Shown here: piece after piece, positions 59,945 through 64,000 of the stretch
How positions within the stretch are numbered: position 1 is the stretch's first letter
Layout of the letters: every line of letters begins with the position of its first letter
Assembly (NCBI RefSeq): GCF_030144855.1
Contig: NC_082712.1
Location: 130,200,001 to 130,264,000 of the forward strand
Length of the DNA stretch: 64,000 nt
Reading direction: 5' to 3'
DNA from: Hypanus sabinus
Taxonomy: Eukaryota
Notes under the pieces: generated by a model
What the model was told of the DNA's origin: nothing
Databases searched by the model: none
What the model saw: only the letters and a program-made list of their open reading frames with translations
Translations under genes and position numbers: made by a program

Positions 59945-60920
59945 ACGCTTCAGATTCAGGATAGCATTTTATCATGTACAGCAGTGTGTAATAGATTTCC
60001 TTGGTCTCATGAAGCTCACTGACTAAATTTAATATGATAATAATAAATACAATGGTAAATACAGTGAGTGCAAAACAGCGGAATGGTGCAAAGATTGTAA
60101 TGCAATTTGAAATAATGCAAAATGAAATATTAAAATGACAATAACATAATAACTGCAAAGGATAGGATTATGATACCAAGAATGTGGCAATGCCACTGGG
60201 AAGGGGATATTAAGCAGGTGATTGTTTCAGGAGTCTAATGACAGTGAGGAAGCAGCTGAATGTTTGGACTTCCACGCTTTCTATTTTCTCCAAGAGGGTA
60301 GAAAAGAAATTGGGGACTGGCCAGGATGGTAGGGGCATCCTTGACAATATTATTAGCCTTCCTGAAGCAAAGAACCGTTGAAGATGGACTGGATAGAAGT
60401 GATGAGCCTGGGCAGCACTTACCATTCAGTTCCATCAGTCCAGAGCGGAGCAGTTGCCTTACCTAGCTGAAATGCAACCTGCCAGTATACTTTCTGCAGT
60501 GCATTGGTAGAAGTTTGAGAGGGTCCTAGTGGGTAAGCTGAATTTTCTCAGATACCAAAAAAAGTAAAACTGCTGATGCACTTTCTTGATCATCACATCA
60601 ATGAGGAGGGACAAAGTGAGATTGCTAGTGAAATGGTTACTCAGGTTGTCGTCCATTTCTGGAGCAGCTCTATTGATGAAGACAGGATTGTATACGCCCC
60701 CAGAATCCCTCCATTTCCTAAGACAGTGACTAGCACGTCATTATGAGCTAGGTTGTTCTGACACCAAGATGCAAAGTTTAGAATCTCTTTATTTACCCAT
60801 CTCATCATTGTTGATCTGGTCAATATTAAGGGTACTACTGACAAACTTGAAAGATCAAATTGATGCTATATCTGTCCACATAGTCATGGGTATACAAGGA
60901 ATAGAACAGGAGTTTGAGCA
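59945..60920 (-). mobile_element. Decayed Rex/Babar-like RT 3' fragment
   Basis: ORFs 60459..60844 (LSNFYQCTAESILAGCI, WCQNNL). Confidence 0.7.
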
Positions 60921-60929
60921 CGTTTCCAT

Positions 60930-61450
60930 TTTAATTCCAATCTCCAATCCCCTTCCCATTCCAACATGTTGATCCGTGGCCTGCTACGCTGAGGCCACTC
61001 TCAGGTTGAAGAGCATTACCTCAAATGTCGTCCAGATAGCCGCCAGCCTGATGCACAAACATTATTTTTTCCTCCAACCCCCTTTCCTTTTCTTCAATCC
61101 CCACTCTGATTCCCCTCTTACCTCTTCTCACCCACCTATCACCCCCTAGTGCCCTCATCCTTCCCTTTCTGCTATAGTCCACTCTCCTCTCTGATCAGAT
61201 TCCTTCTGCTCTAGCCCTTTACCTTTCCAACCTATCACTTCCCTCCCTCCCTTCCTCCACCCAACTGACTTCACCTATCACCTTCTAGCTTGTACTTCTT
61301 TTCCTCCCCTCTCATCCTTATCCCGGCATCTTGCCCCCTTCCTTTCTAATCCTGATGATGGGTCTTGGCTTGAAACAACTGTTTTTTCATTTCCTTAGAT
61401 GCTGTGTAATGCGTTGAACTCACCCAGCATTTTGTGTACTTTGCTCTGGC
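60930..61450 (+). mobile_element. Decayed Penelope-like 3' end with hammerhead-like core (61352-61376)
   Basis: Homologous to 29360-29885; CTGATGAtgggtcttggcttGAAAC. Confidence 0.7.
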
Positions 61451-61595
61451 AAGTGCCAGTGCTGAGATTCGTGGTGAATGAAACATTTTGAGCAATTCTA
61501 ACCAACTGAGGACTGCCAGTCAGAAAGATCAGTAGTACTGTGCTGTCGAGTTCACCAAAGTAAACAAAACTTATAGAACACAATTTACTCCAGAG

Positions 61596-64000
61596 CAGTG
61601 TTTCCCAAAATGGACAGTATCTCTCCTCTTCCCCCCCACCCCCCCCCCACCACCCATGGTCGGTGGGAATTTCTAAGGAGCGATAAAAAGGTAAAGGTGG
61701 GGTGGGAGGGTGCTCAGTGGATGACGGGCAACTGAGGGATAACTGGCTTAATTTAAGAAATGAATTACTTACTCTAAACATTTGATCCTCAGTGCCTTAT
61801 AATTGATTGCGAAGATTATGTAATCACCTCATTGCTTGCTAACCCTCCGTTCTCTTAGACTTTGCTTGAAGTGTGTTATAGTTGTTAAAAAACAGTGTGA
61901 CACTTCTGTATTTGGCATATCGTGAGAAATATGGACTTGAGAAATCATGTTACTTCTGAGCGCGGCCCGCTCATTATTGCCATTCATTACTGTAGTAAAG
62001 TCTTAGCTAGTATGATTCCCATATGCTAATCACGCAGTGATGTAATTGTTGCAATTTAGTGTATGGTGTTCAATGAAGTAAAGTTCAGAATCTGACCTTC
62101 AGAATAGTCTTGATGGCATTTCTGCAACCCATGGCCCAGTTGAGATAATGCTGCCCTTACCTTCAAGCGGAACTATGATGATGTCATAACTTACCCTTTT
62201 ATTGATCACACTGCTTAAGGTTGGATTTAAACAAATGGTGATTGACCATAATTGTTAGTCCATAACAAAAATGGCAGAAGCAGAACAAACAAAAAAGTGT
62301 AGACAGTATGGTGTGGAGTATCTGAAATGTGGATTTATACCAGCATTAAGCAACCAACAACAGCCAATGTGATTTTGTGAAAGTTTTTTTCAAATGAGAC
62401 AATGAAATTGTCCAGGCTCCATGACATTTGAAGAGAATACACTATGATAACTCTGATAACTTGGCTTATTTTCAGTCACGTAGTGAAAAACTTCAGAAAC
62501 GGGAAGAACTTCAAAATATGTTTACCAGTTCTTCACAGCAAAACGGTGACGATTTGTGTGGTTAATGCAACATTTGATTGTTCATTGCTAAATCTGAAAT
62601 GCCCTGTACAATTGGAGAAGAACTGACACTGCCAGCGGTAAGGGAGATTCTGTTGGATCAATCAACTTTGCCAGACAACGAATCTTTGCTTCTTGGTTAT
62701 GTTTGCTTCATAAAAGATGAAAGTATAGTTCAAGATTTGTTATTTGCAAAAAAAAAGATAAGGAAAAGATAAGAAAGGGGAGTCAATATTTCAGGTTGGA
62801 CAATTTTCCAAAGAGAAGGTTGTTCTGCTCACTAACATTCATGCTTGTGCAACAGATGACCATTGTGGGGTTATTATTTCACAGACAAGAAATTGTTGCA
62901 GAAAACCTAAGTGATCAGCTGCACAAATCATTAAGTATTGTTATCACACTGGTAGATAAAATAAAGTCCCATGCTTTCAATTCCTTTTTTAGAATTTTTT
63001 TTTATTAGTTTTTCCCATGCTTTCAATTCTTAACTGTTTCGAGACATTTATATTGAGAATGAAAAACAGTTCAGACACACAGAAGTCAAGTGGCTCTCAA
63101 AAGGAAACTGCCTGAGAGGCTTTTATGTGCGTTTTGAATTATTCGCAAAGTTTAATGAAATCAGCCTTCAGTTGCAAGGAAATGATGTGCATCTTAACAA
63201 AATCAAATCAGTCATCTCTATATTTCTGTCCAAGTTACTCTATTTAAGTGTAATATTGGCCGCCCTGACCTTTTCCCATTTCTGAGCCTCTCTGATTTGG
63301 AAGAGAAAGAAAGAATACCAGATGATGATCTTCAAGTGTACTGTGCCCACCTGCATGAGGACATGTCAGAGAGAGTTCAGGATCTTCTCTCAGTCCAAAT
63401 TTCACAGTGGGTAATAAATATATTCCTGAACACTTGTAATGAGGAATTAACAGGAACGATGGAGGAAGAAATCATCGTGCTACAAAGTGACTCAGAGGAA
63501 GCCGAGGTTGAAAAAGTCATATCAAGACTTTTGGTTACAGAAAAGAATGGCTGACTGTTAATCTGCACTGTGGAAAAACGTTACGATGTTCTTCATTGCC
63601 TTTCCAACATCATATTTTGGTGGAGTGCTGTTTCAGTTCAGTTGCCCAACTTCTTTCAAAGCAATGAAGCAGACTACAAATTACTCAACAATAGTATCTG
63701 AGACCCCTGAGTGTCATTCAGCCTGATGTTGAGTAGCTGATATCACTCCAGCAAGCCCTTGCGTCTCATTGAAAGGTGAAAAGTAGCGAATAGTTAAGAC
63801 TAATGTATGCTCTAAAATTGTCATTGCTGCAATTAAATAAATAAATAGTTTTAAATAGATTTGAATAATGTTTGCAATGAATTGTCACTGCTTTAAATTT
63901 ACAGTTCCTTTTTTTTCACTGTGCATTGTAAATCAAAATCCTTTATAGTTTTTATGTAATGGCTAGAAAGCAAGAGGTGGGCACTGGGGATGTGGTCAGG
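61596..64000 (+). mobile_element. hAT (Buster/Charlie, SCAND3/ZBED-like) DNA transposon remnant; transposase pseudogene ~62271-63772
   Basis: Terminus CAGTGTTTCCCAAA after the 8-mer CTCCAGAG. Remnants KKCRQYGVEYLKCGFI, TIGEELTLPA, HTEVKWLSKG and FPTSY. Many frameshifts. The right end lies outside the window. Confidence 0.85.

Noticed and set aside
1-64000. CRISPR arrays, operons or prokaryotic defence systems
   Set aside because: The sequence is vertebrate genomic DNA with spliceosomal introns and shows no regularly spaced repeat-spacer array.

Overview
Eukaryotic, intron-rich, repeat-dense vertebrate DNA. The repeat content (CR1, Rex/Babar-like, Penelope-like, Tc1, tRNA-SINEs) suggests a cartilaginous fish, probably a ray; this is inference. 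Three host genes were reconstructed by hand from splice signals, and the ORF track catches them only in fragments. (1) TMEM80 (+, 18270-28322; 6 coding exons, ~144 aa), with a 17-nt microexon, a U12-type intron, an RFX X-box and a two-LTR Gypsy element in intron 4. (2) SDHAF2 (-, 41847-31307; 4 exons, 158 aa), convergent with TMEM80. (3) The first two coding exons of CPSF7 (+, 42063-56908), head-to-head with SDHAF2 on a ~215-bp bidirectional promoter. The rest is mostly decayed transposable elements. These include a multi-layer nested stack at 3.4-13.2 kb (Tc1 > CR1 > Tc1, and Rex > L1 + solo LTR), a near-intact Rex/Babar RT, Penelope-like GIY-YIG fragments with hammerhead-ribozyme motifs, and a hAT transposase remnant. 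I found no CRISPR, rRNA or bona fide tRNA, and no wholly new protein system that I can support. The most interesting signals are the TMEM80 splicing/regulatory architecture, the gene neighbourhood, and short hammerhead-bearing mobile units. Comparisons with human proteins are from memory, not from a database search.
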